A stretch of 37,944 bases of DNA, from the IMG/VR virus record IMGVR_UViG_3300011113_000204, positions 1 through 37,944 of that record. The stretch is one strand, 5' to 3'. Under the pieces are notes generated by a model. It was not told the DNA's origin. It made no database searches and worked only from the letters and a program-made list of their open reading frames with translations. The translations under genes were made by a program, and so were the position numbers. Positions 15,901 to 24,450 of this stretch are shown here, piece after piece (the first letter of the stretch is position 1; the number at the start of each line of letters is the position of its first letter). This stretch comes from a virus (Duplodnaviria; Caudoviricetes).

Positions 15901-18900
15901 CTCAACAGCGCGAGCGCGAGCCTCTGCCTCACGCTGGGCCTCGCGCACCTCGGCTTCGCGCTGCTGTCGCCCACGGGCTACACCAGCGACCTGACCGCTG
16001 CGGCGACCGATCTGGTACGCGAGATCCTCGCGGCGCTGACGGGCGCCGACGATCGTCGGATCGTTCACACGCTTGGTAAACGCCTTGACCTCAGCCACGC
16101 GCTCGTCTCCACCCTCCTTGGCGGCATACCCACCGTCAGACATGTTCATCCGATACTTGCCATTGACGATGAAACCGCCGTCGATGATGTAGTCCTCGAT
16201 GCCCGGGAACGAATCGACAAGGTCTCCGTGCATACGGGCTTCGGTGTCGTAGTACACGACGCCATCGCTGTCCATCACAGCCATGACATTGTCGAATCCA
16301 GCCTTCGGTTGTGGCGGGTTGTTGACGTCGAATATTCCACGCGACGGCGCACGGGCGGACGAGATAGACGGGCTTTGGGTTGGGCGCTCGTTGAATGCAG
16401 ACTTGATCTGGCTGCTGTTGAAAACCGCCAAGTTATGCTCGCCCATTTCCCAAACACGAATGCCGTCGTATCCAATGTCTTTGATGAACTTCAATAGGTC
16501 CGGGTGTTCAATTGATTCCCAGTCACCAAGTGAAAGCAAATTGAGTACTGATATTTCTCGGTCCTCTGCCGCCTCTCGAACACCACTGTCTTTGATGTAA
16601 CGATCTGACTTTCTAGACCGAAGGAACTTCTGAAAAACCTTCCTGCCTTCAGGAGACTCTGGATCAAACAGGTTCTCAATTTTGAGGTAAGCAGGAATAA
16701 CAGAGGAACCGGGGCCACTAGTAAATTGAGCAGCAGTATCTGGATTGTCGCTAAAGAAGAACAGCCCGTCTCCCTCGTTGGCAGTCAAAGACTTGGTGCT
16801 GTCGTATTCTGGATAACGGTCGAACAAATACGATCCACGGAAGACAGAAAAGTCTTTGTCCGTGCCGTGGTAAACGACCATTGGGTTGCCCTGCTCATCA
16901 ACGACCTTGCTGTCTCCAAACCAAGCACGCCACTCTGGCGTGAACGACGAGATTGGTCTCGTCTCACGGGCCTCAAGAATGCTCGGGCTGGCGGGGTTGA
17001 ACCGCTGCGAAAGCGGGATGACATTGCCGGCCTCGTCGCGATTGACGGCATCCATGTACTGAGCGTCCTGCTGCGGAGTGATACGGGCGCTCGACGTTGA
17101 CACCGCCGGCTGACCGCCGCCCGGACCCTGCGGCTGGTCGGGCATGTCAGGAACACGTCCCTCGGTCCACGTCCACTCCGGCATGAGGCCAGTCTTCTGT
17201 GGCGCGAACACCGTCTCCAGCACGCCGGCATTGCGGTTCTGCTCGCCGTACGGGCCGAAGTTCAGCCACGAGTTCTGACCGCGAGTCTCGGTCGTCATGG
17301 CGCCAACAGCAGGACCGTAGAACAGGCGAACGTGCGCCTGCCATGCATTCTCCTCGCCGCGAGCGCGGAAGCCTGCACCCTCAAGGCTGTGTCCGAAAGC
17401 GTCGTGAACAGCGCGGAACAGGTCGTTCGCGAGAACAGGAGTCAGCGGACCATCGGGGCTTCCGTAGGGCCACCGGATTCCAGTGTCCACCAGCAGCGGG
17501 TTGCCAGAGGTGTCGATCTCCTCAAGCGTGCCAAAGCCGGCCTGAGTCGAGAACACCGCCATCGTCTTGTTCTGCCGCAGGTCACGCAGGGCCATCCACG
17601 GCTTGCCGTTGTACGGGTCGGTCCTCTCGTCGAAGAACCAGAACTTGTACCCTGCATCCTCAAGCGCACGGTACTGAGCGACCGTCTGGTCGATCAGCGC
17701 ATCGTAAGCCTCGACAACCGCAGGGTCGTTCGGAGCGTGCGGCATGGCGTCAAACGCATCAGCCAGACGCTTGGCCCGACCAAGATCAACCTTGGCGTAG
17801 TACGCCTGACGCTTCAGGTCGATGCCGATGGAGGCTGCATACCGCTCTGCTGCTGCGACGATGTCTGGGTCTGGACCGGTCGCGCCATCGACGATAGGCG
17901 CGTCCGCAAGCGGCGCAAGGCTTCGAGCCGCTCCGACCCCTCTTCGGTCTCCGGCTCCTCGTTCAGCAGTTGTGGCTGCTGCTGCACGGGCGCTGACCGT
18001 ACGCGCATCTGGCGTTCCAGCGACTCGTCGTGTGCTTCCTGTGCGCTCTGATCGAATGTCATTGTCGATCCTTTCTGTTACCTGCCGAATCTGATCATCG
18101 CTCACGTTCCGGCTCTTGGCAACCGCCCGTGCGGCAGTTTCATAGTCGGGAGCGCCACCCTCATCGTACTGCATCGCAGCAGACGATTCCTTGGTCTTGC
18201 TGGAGTCGTACAGGCGCTTCTCTGGGTACCAGATGCTGGCCTGAAGATCGGCCATCGTGAGGTCCGGGAACTCCTGATTGAGTTCATCCAGTGCAGCCTG
18301 AGCGATCTTGCGGATACGCGCACGCTCAGAACCACTGGCCGGCGCTTCCTTCTGACCATCCTTGGCGCCAGACAGACCATTTCCAATCTTGCGGAGTTCG
18401 TCACCGAACGAGTAGCGAGGATCCTCGTCACCCTCATCGGCAAGCATCATGCTCAACGTGTCGCGCTGCGGAGCCTCGAAGACGCCGATCTCGTTGATGA
18501 TGTCCCGCTGGTCCTTCTTGACCGATGCCTTCTTGATCGACTCGGCAATCTTGTCAACAGCGGCGTCAGTCAGTTCGACCTCTGCCGGCTGGCCTTCAAC
18601 AGCAGCCGCCATCGTCATGGCGCGTGGCTTTACCTTGATGGCCTTGAAGAACTCCTCACGAGTTGCGTCGTCCATCTGCGCCAGAACCTGACGCATCTGC
18701 TTGCGGCGCTTGGCGACGAGTTCAGGGCGAGGCTGGATCAGCGTCCCAGACCATCGGCCCCAAGTACGCATGAACCACCGGTCCATCGTCAACTGCTCGA
18801 AGTGACCGTACAGGTTTGCGAAGAACCCGTTGCCGATCTTCGGTCCAACGACGGCAGCACCGTACAGAACAGTGTCGATGTTCTCGCCGTTCGGCCTGAT

Positions 18901-21900
18901 GCCGGTGAACTCACGGATCTCTCGAACGGTGTGCTTGGTGGACATGAACTGCTCAACACGATCCATGCCATGCTTGGCAACGAGATCATTGAACAGTTGC
19001 ATCGCATTGTTGATCGCGCCAGCAGGCTTGCCGACACCAATGTCTGTCGGCATCACGCGGTTGGCCTTGTACGACTCGTAAGCCTTCAGCGCGTTGTCAA
19101 AGTTGTCCTTGACCTTCGCGCCGTTGCTGGTGACGGCGAGCGCCCACTTGAACGCGAACTGAGCCATGCGATCACTGGCGAGTTCAGGATGAATCAGAGC
19201 GACGATGCCAAGCGCCTTGCGGACCTTCTCGTCGTACCAGCCGACAGCATTTGAGTTCGACGTGACAGCAGCGCGAACTTCCTTGACCATCATGCGCCGC
19301 AGGTACTCGTTGACCCGTGGGCTGTCCACGCTTAGGTCGATTCCAGCCTCGGCAGCAGCCTTGCGTACCTTGGCCTGAATCGTGCTCTTGAAGTCGCGCA
19401 TGTTCTTCCACTGCTGGCTGGTCGCGACCGGGATGATCGAATCGATGATCGCTTCCGCGTCAATGGTCTCAGGAACTTCCTTGCCGCGTGCGCTGATCGT
19501 GCCGACCGTACGGCGGATCTTGCGGCGCATCTCCTTGGCGATCCTTCGTTGGTCACCAGTGACCATCTGGCCCGGGAGCAGGCCACCATCGACCGCGTCC
19601 ACATAGGTCATCAGACGGGCGATCTCCTCGCCAGTGACGCCCTCGTACGGGTTCTGGCGACCAGCGGCTGCATCCTCCGATGCACGTTGCTCAAGTGCGA
19701 TATCGGCGGCAGCAACCTCGTTCGCGGACGGGGCGAAGAACGACGGATCTGGGGTGGCAGCAACGCTCGCGGCGGCGGCGTCGATAGCCGCACGGGTGGT
19801 AGCAGCCGGGGCCGGCGCGGCAGCGGCGGGACTCGGCGCTGGCGCAGCCGGCGCAGGAGCCGCCGCCGTTGGTGCTGGTGCTGGGGCAGGCGCCGCCGCA
19901 GGCGCCGCAGGAGCGGCTGGAGCAGGCTGGGCCGGCGCAGGTGTAGTGGCGGGGGCCGGAGCCGCCTGTGGCTGTGGCGTTGCCGGTGGCGCTGCAACAG
20001 CCCCCGCCGCTTGGAGCCGCGCCCTACGCATGACCTCAAGTCCGCGCTGCGCCGCATCGATCGTGAACCCGACCTTGCCGGGGGTGTAGCCCTTGTTGTT
20101 CTTCGCGGCCTCCTGAAGGCCACGGTACAACTTCAGCGCACTCATGGCCGCACGGCCACGCAGGCCCATACGGGTCACTAACTGGCCGAACCAGCCGGGT
20201 ACAGCCTCGCCACGGAACAGTGCAGCGGCACCGTTCTCAATCATCTTGGCGGCGCCTTCGCTTTCCACAAGCGATCGACCCATGCGCGATTCCAATTGCG
20301 CCACATCGTCGCCAGAGATCGGCTTGCCCTCAGCCTCTGCCATGATCTGAGCAAGGGACTGGCGGACCTGCGGGTCAATACCAGCGGCCTGCTGCCAATA
20401 CTCAGTAGCAGCGGCCAACATCGTCTGGTCGTCCATCGTCTGACGCATGGCACGCCACAGGCCGCTGTCGTTGAACTGCGCCCAGTGCGTCAGTTCATGC
20501 ATGGCGAGACCCATCATCTCGCTGAACTTCATGTTGCCGTCAGCACGGAGGTAGACCGTGTCTGGCGTCTGCGGCGAGAAGAATGCCGGACGGGTGTCGC
20601 CCTGCTGACCACCGTCGTAGTACTGGACCTTGAACCCAAGACGAGTCAACTGCTGCTCGACAGCCTTCTGGGCCGTCGTTGCAGATGTCGCAGGGTTGTA
20701 CTGCTGGCTGCTCAACACGTCGTCCACGGTCATCTGCACCGTCGGGGCGCCAGCCGACATCGATGCCAGCGCCGTCAGGTAGTTGAACTGTGCCGCCGCA
20801 TAGTCTGCGGAGATCGAGGCTGCATTCTGTCGGGCTGTCGCAAGACCAGCCTCGCCAGTTGCAACCTCCGCTTCGAGCGCCTGAATGCGTGCCTGATCGC
20901 GACCACGACGCGCACGGGCAAGTTCCTGCTGCTTCGCGATGAGTTGCGCTTGCACGGCGCCGACGTTCTCCTTCGCCTTGCCAAGGTCCGCGCCGGCCTG
21001 CATCAGGGCCTTTTCAGCCTGATCGGATTCCAGCGCACGCTCCTCGGGCGTCATCGCCTGCAACGCAGCGGCACGCTTCGGCGCAATCTCTTCGACGAAC
21101 GACTGGTCGGCGTACTTGCTACCGGCCTCGCGCAGCAACTTGTTCGTCTGTTGGCGGCGCACGATCTCAGCCGGCACATTGACGGCAGCAGCGCCGAAAC
21201 CACCGAAGCCACCGTAGAACGCATCAGTCGCGGCCTGACTAAATGCCTCGCTCCACTCCGCCGGCTGCATCCCGGTCAGTCCGGTCATCTTCACGCCGTT
21301 CTGCAAGATCGGCACGAGACCCTCTTCGAGAGCCTCTCCTGCATACATCTTGCCGACCGTTCCCATGACCGCACGCGCACCGGGCTGCGCGAACCACTGA
21401 GCCACACCAGTCTTCGCGAGACGACTGGCGATGCCGTATCCAAGGGTTTCGGTCGCAGCCTCGATCGCTGCGCTGGTCAGGCCGGACGTGATCTTCTCGA
21501 ACTGGCTGTAGTCACCAGTGGTCAGGCCGTACTGGTAAGCCTGATCGTAAGCCTCGATGCCGCCGCCGTAACCCTGTAGGCCCATGACAGCCGTACCAAG
21601 GTACGGGTTGACGGTGAACGACGCCGCGCTGAACAGGCCACTGCCGACGGCCTGACCGATCTTGCCGGACACGCTGTCCTCTGGGGTAGCCATTCCAGTC
21701 TCGCGCTGTGCGCCAGACCAGAACGCATCGCCGTCAACCGGCATGAGGTTGGTGAACCCGCGCATGGACGACACCACGCCCTGCGTGACGCCGGCCTTGA
21801 CACCTTGGCCGAACATGCCGACGACGCCCTTCTCTTCGATCTCTTCCTGCGTGGCAGCAGCAGCCTGCTGGGCCTCGCTGGCGATCATCTTGTCGAGTAC

Positions 21901-22233
21901 TTCAATCTGCTGCTGGCGAAGCAGCATCTCCTGCGGCGTGAGTTTGCCGCTTGCCATCTCGCTATCCAGTTGCTTCTTGGTCTCGATCGTCTTGACGCGG
22001 TCGATGAACGTGCTGAAGTCACCGATGTCGTCCATCACGGACGACGGGCTGACGACCCAACTCAGTGGGTCGAGATCGTTCAGCAGGCCGGCGACTGCAC
22101 GGCCAAACTGCATACCAGACTCTTCGCTTTCCGAACGCTGACCAAGCGTCTTCTTGCTGCGACGGTATTGCGACAGTGCGTCTGCGAGCGGGTCGGAACC
22201 GTCAGCCTGCGGGAAGAACGAGAATTGGCTCAT
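12946..22233 (-). CDS. Giant (3095 aa) polyvalent internal virion/ejection protein with HExxH peptidase, HhH-like, HDxxGH and ADP-ribosyltransferase-like modules
   Basis: Last gene of the structural block. HELTH at 20485-20499; WY...LAVTS...GPKIG..F...TMDRW...LQASIW domain; NDLFRAVHDAFGH domain; WFGDSKVVDEQGNPMVVYHGT...FFFSD...PAYLKIEN...GYDGI...AVFNSSQIKS (ART-PolyVal-like). Confidence 0.88.
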   Translation of the reverse strand: MSQFSFFPQADGSDPLADALSQYRRSKKTLGQRSESEESGMQFGRAVAGLLNDLDPLSWVVSPSSVMDDIGDFSTFIDRVKTIETKKQLDSEMASGKLTPQEMLLRQQQIEVLDKMIASEAQQAAAATQEEIEEKGVVGMFGQGVKAGVTQGVVSSMRGFTNLMPVDGDAFWSGAQRETGMATPEDSVSGKIGQAVGSGLFSAASFTVNPYLGTAVMGLQGYGGGIEAYDQAYQYGLTTGDYSQFEKITSGLTSAAIEAATETLGYGIASRLAKTGVAQWFAQPGARAVMGTVGKMYAGEALEEGLVPILQNGVKMTGLTGMQPAEWSEAFSQAATDAFYGGFGGFGAAAVNVPAEIVRRQQTNKLLREAGSKYADQSFVEEIAPKRAAALQAMTPEERALESDQAEKALMQAGADLGKAKENVGAVQAQLIAKQQELARARRGRDQARIQALEAEVATGEAGLATARQNAASISADYAAAQFNYLTALASMSAGAPTVQMTVDDVLSSQQYNPATSATTAQKAVEQQLTRLGFKVQYYDGGQQGDTRPAFFSPQTPDTVYLRADGNMKFSEMMGLAMHELTHWAQFNDSGLWRAMRQTMDDQTMLAAATEYWQQAAGIDPQVRQSLAQIMAEAEGKPISGDDVAQLESRMGRSLVESEGAAKMIENGAAALFRGEAVPGWFGQLVTRMGLRGRAAMSALKLYRGLQEAAKNNKGYTPGKVGFTIDAAQRGLEVMRRARLQAAGAVAAPPATPQPQAAPAPATTPAPAQPAPAAPAAPAAAPAPAPAPTAAAPAPAAPAPSPAAAAPAPAATTRAAIDAAAASVAATPDPSFFAPSANEVAAADIALEQRASEDAAAGRQNPYEGVTGEEIARLMTYVDAVDGGLLPGQMVTGDQRRIAKEMRRKIRRTVGTISARGKEVPETIDAEAIIDSIIPVATSQQWKNMRDFKSTIQAKVRKAAAEAGIDLSVDSPRVNEYLRRMMVKEVRAAVTSNSNAVGWYDEKVRKALGIVALIHPELASDRMAQFAFKWALAVTSNGAKVKDNFDNALKAYESYKANRVMPTDIGVGKPAGAINNAMQLFNDLVAKHGMDRVEQFMSTKHTVREIREFTGIRPNGENIDTVLYGAAVVGPKIGNGFFANLYGHFEQLTMDRWFMRTWGRWSGTLIQPRPELVAKRRKQMRQVLAQMDDATREEFFKAIKVKPRAMTMAAAVEGQPAEVELTDAAVDKIAESIKKASVKKDQRDIINEIGVFEAPQRDTLSMMLADEGDEDPRYSFGDELRKIGNGLSGAKDGQKEAPASGSERARIRKIAQAALDELNQEFPDLTMADLQASIWYPEKRLYDSSKTKESSAAMQYDEGGAPDYETAARAVAKSRNVSDDQIRQVTERIDNDIRSERTGSTRRVAGTPDARTVSARAAAATTAERGAGDRRGVGAARSLAPLADAPIVDGATGPDPDIVAAAERYAASIGIDLKRQAYYAKVDLGRAKRLADAFDAMPHAPNDPAVVEAYDALIDQTVAQYRALEDAGYKFWFFDERTDPYNGKPWMALRDLRQNKTMAVFSTQAGFGTLEEIDTSGNPLLVDTGIRWPYGSPDGPLTPVLANDLFRAVHDAFGHSLEGAGFRARGEENAWQAHVRLFYGPAVGAMTTETRGQNSWLNFGPYGEQNRNAGVLETVFAPQKTGLMPEWTWTEGRVPDMPDQPQGPGGGQPAVSTSSARITPQQDAQYMDAVNRDEAGNVIPLSQRFNPASPSILEARETRPISSFTPEWRAWFGDSKVVDEQGNPMVVYHGTDKDFSVFRGSYLFDRYPEYDSTKSLTANEGDGLFFFSDNPDTAAQFTSGPGSSVIPAYLKIENLFDPESPEGRKVFQKFLRSRKSDRYIKDSGVREAAEDREISVLNLLSLGDWESIEHPDLLKFIKDIGYDGIRVWEMGEHNLAVFNSSQIKSAFNERPTQSPSISSARAPSRGIFDVNNPPQPKAGFDNVMAVMDSDGVVYYDTEARMHGDLVDSFPGIEDYIIDGGFIVNGKYRMNMSDGGYAAKEGGDERVAEVKAFTKRVNDPTIVGARQRREDLAYQIGRRSGQVAGVARGRQQREAEVREAQREAEARARAVEETRRRAKEQKREQRVRERAKRAALAGRMQARLARLSAEIRRRQRREGERMEDFSRRALREMMREAQTASGEGYRQAKRDLSRLKREAIELINLLPPQTRSKYLPRIAELSSAAGVLKVADSVVRDMTRNEARVTFNRLRALQQQFTSRRGIRNDTRDQAMPLIQSGMAMLGGDRLMGYTDMADMVQRIGAARQLLEEARDLYEQDREAWRDGRAERHQERSDAAEVLAQNIERLDELPDSRLWSTGRTAGFVGKFFAANSDIHTLAEIIDGAIDGPIHEMIARLAAGKNAMNLDRRRIDQTMDGLLQQAGYSSVDDYAQRAAGMGGVAATDVMDVMLGGQSRRITSGEAMSLAAMDDDTLALLFDENDPEFAGSPITFLRDGGKMPVRVTRQEVEAIRARLSQGQIALIDGLKAMIDADIRQRAFDVHYAQFGRMPEAITGYYPRRRLGDSISGDTVDVNATPGNVIMTMLDNAGFTRQRVASRAPLVVDDLVRTIDGHVDQGLRLIHLSDPLRFGITVMRDANVKSAMESRLGAKSNDQMRKLLMNGVGLSGRPTGDFIDSLNSNVSGALLLINPKTWFRQLGGIFRLASEFDMSDWASGSRSSIALTPAQRSDLIDRIEQDSGYFFDRHRRSQVGLFAGIIGDPRQNRERMMVMLRAVGSNLRSAVDEATQANFRSMLEDLNAGRSNVITILRSFDWALRGIDRQVMLAGYMSARQSLSRTDPAMAEQDAHLAAIALAERAFRRTQNVSDPMDDTVFAAEQKFNKGYGRLLFPFSSDPLKAFNQARRAVANPDARAGTAFGITANILWSAAANPLSVGLAGLATGLWASDDEDDKLLKQAIVNQQAQRAMERAAGDLVGSAFGYGGLILNDVYQAYRAYQDGYAPDAGIQIMPLQVANEVLRNFAAGEYTAMAGDVATLAGIPVTTPIESIRRDIARVTPTPEKIRDALLAKKRGSGLTDDEERRLKAAQQQVRLNKLQTAE

Positions 22234-22236
22234 GTG

Positions 22237-23586
22237 TCACTCGATGTTGAACAACTGGATTGCTGCTTCGAGATCGGCCTTGGAGATGCCGACGCCGGCG
22301 AGAACAGATGGGTCACGCTGAGACTGTCGGTACAGCATCTCAAGTTTCTGGAACGCCAGCGTCAGGTCTTGGGGATTTCCCGACTTCAACTGGCGTTGCA
22401 ACACCGGGTCAATGGTCAGGTCGGCAATGTTGGAAAGCGCACTGCGCTGGCCCACGCCGATCGGCTTCTGCGCCCCGGCTTGCTTCTGCGCCCCCGCAGA
22501 CTGCTGAGCAGGAGCCTGCTGGCGACCAGTAGACGACGGGACGGCCTGCTGCTCATCGATGAACATGCCGCCACGGACACGGTTCAGAGCATCCAAGATC
22601 ACCGGCAGGTCGGCTTCCGACGATGGACCCCAGCCCATAGCACCAGACACCTCGTTGAACCGGGACATGAACTGGTTCAGCGAGTTAGGCTCGATACGAC
22701 CGTTCACCATCGACGGGAGTTGCACCGGCTGGCTGACGCCCGGGACCAGACCCTGACGCATGGCGTCCACCAGCAGGGCCAGAGCCATCGGGTTCTGCGT
22801 CTGCTGCGACCACTGCGGAAGGGTCATGCCACGAGGCGTAACCCTGTCACCCTTCGGTCGGATGAGCGTTGAGTACATGTTCACGGCGCCAGCAGCCTGC
22901 ATCCGTCCGGTCTCGGCCAAGTTGCCGGCGTACCGCCTGAACGCATCCATACGCATGTCGGCCTGAGCGTCGTCGATCGCGCCGACCTGTTCAGCGAAGG
23001 ACGACGGCATCTCCGTGCCACGGTACATGACGTAGTCCTCGCGACCGCTGCGAGCCTTCAGGAACGACTGGAGGCCCTGCATGGCAGCGCCCGGGTCCAT
23101 GTCGTACAGCAGCCCAAGGTACTGACTCACCATCGGGTCCTGCGATTCACCGACACGCGATGCCAGCGCCTTGAACTGGCCGGCAAACGCCTGCTTCTTC
23201 GACTCCAGTTCACGCTGACGGCGCAGGTCAGCACGAGCGTCGTCGCGAGTCTGGATCATGCCCAGCCACTGGGGCATGGTCACCTTGATGACCTGACGCT
23301 GGCCGTCTTCATCCGTGAATGAAACAGCCGGGGTCCCGCGCACGGCGCCGAACTCCAGCATCTCAAGCCCCTGATAGTCGCCCTGCTCGATGCCGGCGAC
23401 CGCCTTGCCGAACGACGGCGGACCACTGATCGACGGGTCACCGATCGCCCATCCGGGATTGCTGTTCATCTGCTCGATGACAGAGTCGATCCGGCCAAGC
23501 ATGTCGGCGTCGGCCTGTTCGCTGGTCATCTGCGGAACGACCGGCTCAGGCATTCCTGCTGGACGCTGGTCTGGGGTAAGTTTCAT
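22237..23586 (-). CDS. Putative internal virion (ejection) protein
   Basis: Lies between the pilot-like genes and the giant protein; helical, Q/A/M-rich; start MKLTPDQ. Confidence 0.7.
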   Translation of the reverse strand: MKLTPDQRPAGMPEPVVPQMTSEQADADMLGRIDSVIEQMNSNPGWAIGDPSISGPPSFGKAVAGIEQGDYQGLEMLEFGAVRGTPAVSFTDEDGQRQVIKVTMPQWLGMIQTRDDARADLRRQRELESKKQAFAGQFKALASRVGESQDPMVSQYLGLLYDMDPGAAMQGLQSFLKARSGREDYVMYRGTEMPSSFAEQVGAIDDAQADMRMDAFRRYAGNLAETGRMQAAGAVNMYSTLIRPKGDRVTPRGMTLPQWSQQTQNPMALALLVDAMRQGLVPGVSQPVQLPSMVNGRIEPNSLNQFMSRFNEVSGAMGWGPSSEADLPVILDALNRVRGGMFIDEQQAVPSSTGRQQAPAQQSAGAQKQAGAQKPIGVGQRSALSNIADLTIDPVLQRQLKSGNPQDLTLAFQKLEMLYRQSQRDPSVLAGVGISKADLEAAIQLFNIE

Positions 23587-23593
23587 GGTGTCC

Positions 23594-24439
23594 TCAGAAC
23601 GAGATGCGGAGTGCTGACTGGAGATTCCTTCGCATGTCGGCCTCCATGCGCTCACGCTCGGTTGCGCTGAACGGGTTAGCAGCCGTGTAGGCGAGCATGG
23701 CCTTGTTCACGCCGCTGGAAGGCACGCCGATCTTGAAGCCCTCCATCTTGACGAGGTCGTCGAAGTACCGACGGTCGTCTTCAGACGGTTGCGCCATGCC
23801 ACGGAAGTCGCCCATGTTCTGCTTGTTCATCTCGCGCTCGAAACCGGCTTCCATCTGGGCAGCGGCTGCGCCCTCTTCGCCGGCCAGAGACATCTTGCGA
23901 CGAGCCTCGCGAGTCTGTTCGCTGCGCTGCATGGTCGCAGCCATCGCCTCACCGACTCCGCTGTATGGGGTCAGAGGATTCCCGTCGTACGATGCAAGAC
24001 CTGCCGCGATTCCACGGAACAGGTCAGGGGCAACACTGCCAAATGCATTTCCAACCTGAGAAAGGAAGGAAGGCTGCGTTGATGCCGGAGCAGACGCGGA
24101 GAGACCATATCCCGATGACGTTCTGCGAGACTCCATGTCATCACTGGCGTAGGCGGGCGAAGCAGGACCTGATGGTTTCGCTGCCGGCGCACTCGGGGCC
24201 TGACCACTGTTCATTGCCATCAGCGCATCGCGAATCTTACCCGGTCGGTTAGCCAAACGAAACTCTTCGTTCTTTCGGATTGCCTCGGCATCCTCGTACT
24301 GCCGGCGGATGTCATCTGGAATCAAGAAGTCCTGAGACTTGACCTTCGTCATTTGAGCAACCCCGCGACGGTACTTGGGGGACTCGCGCTCGGACATTGC
24401 TGCCAGTTGGGAAGCGATCGTTGGGTACTGATATGCCAT
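23594..24439 (-). CDS. Putative internal virion (ejection) protein
   Basis: GAGGA RBS; low-complexity with a Gly/Ala amphipathic segment; genomic position. Confidence 0.68.
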   Translation of the reverse strand: MAYQYPTIASQLAAMSERESPKYRRGVAQMTKVKSQDFLIPDDIRRQYEDAEAIRKNEEFRLANRPGKIRDALMAMNSGQAPSAPAAKPSGPASPAYASDDMESRRTSSGYGLSASAPASTQPSFLSQVGNAFGSVAPDLFRGIAAGLASYDGNPLTPYSGVGEAMAATMQRSEQTREARRKMSLAGEEGAAAAQMEAGFEREMNKQNMGDFRGMAQPSEDDRRYFDDLVKMEGFKIGVPSSGVNKAMLAYTAANPFSATERERMEADMRRNLQSALRISF

Positions 24440-24450
24440 GTTGATTCCTC

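Noticed and set aside
13255-16497. 1080-aa + strand ORF and other long + strand ORFs (472..1746, 10262..11773, 20296..21579, 26073..27230, 32782..34281)
   Set aside because: These are antisense shadows of codon-biased high-GC genes on the - strand, with no RBS or recognisable motifs.
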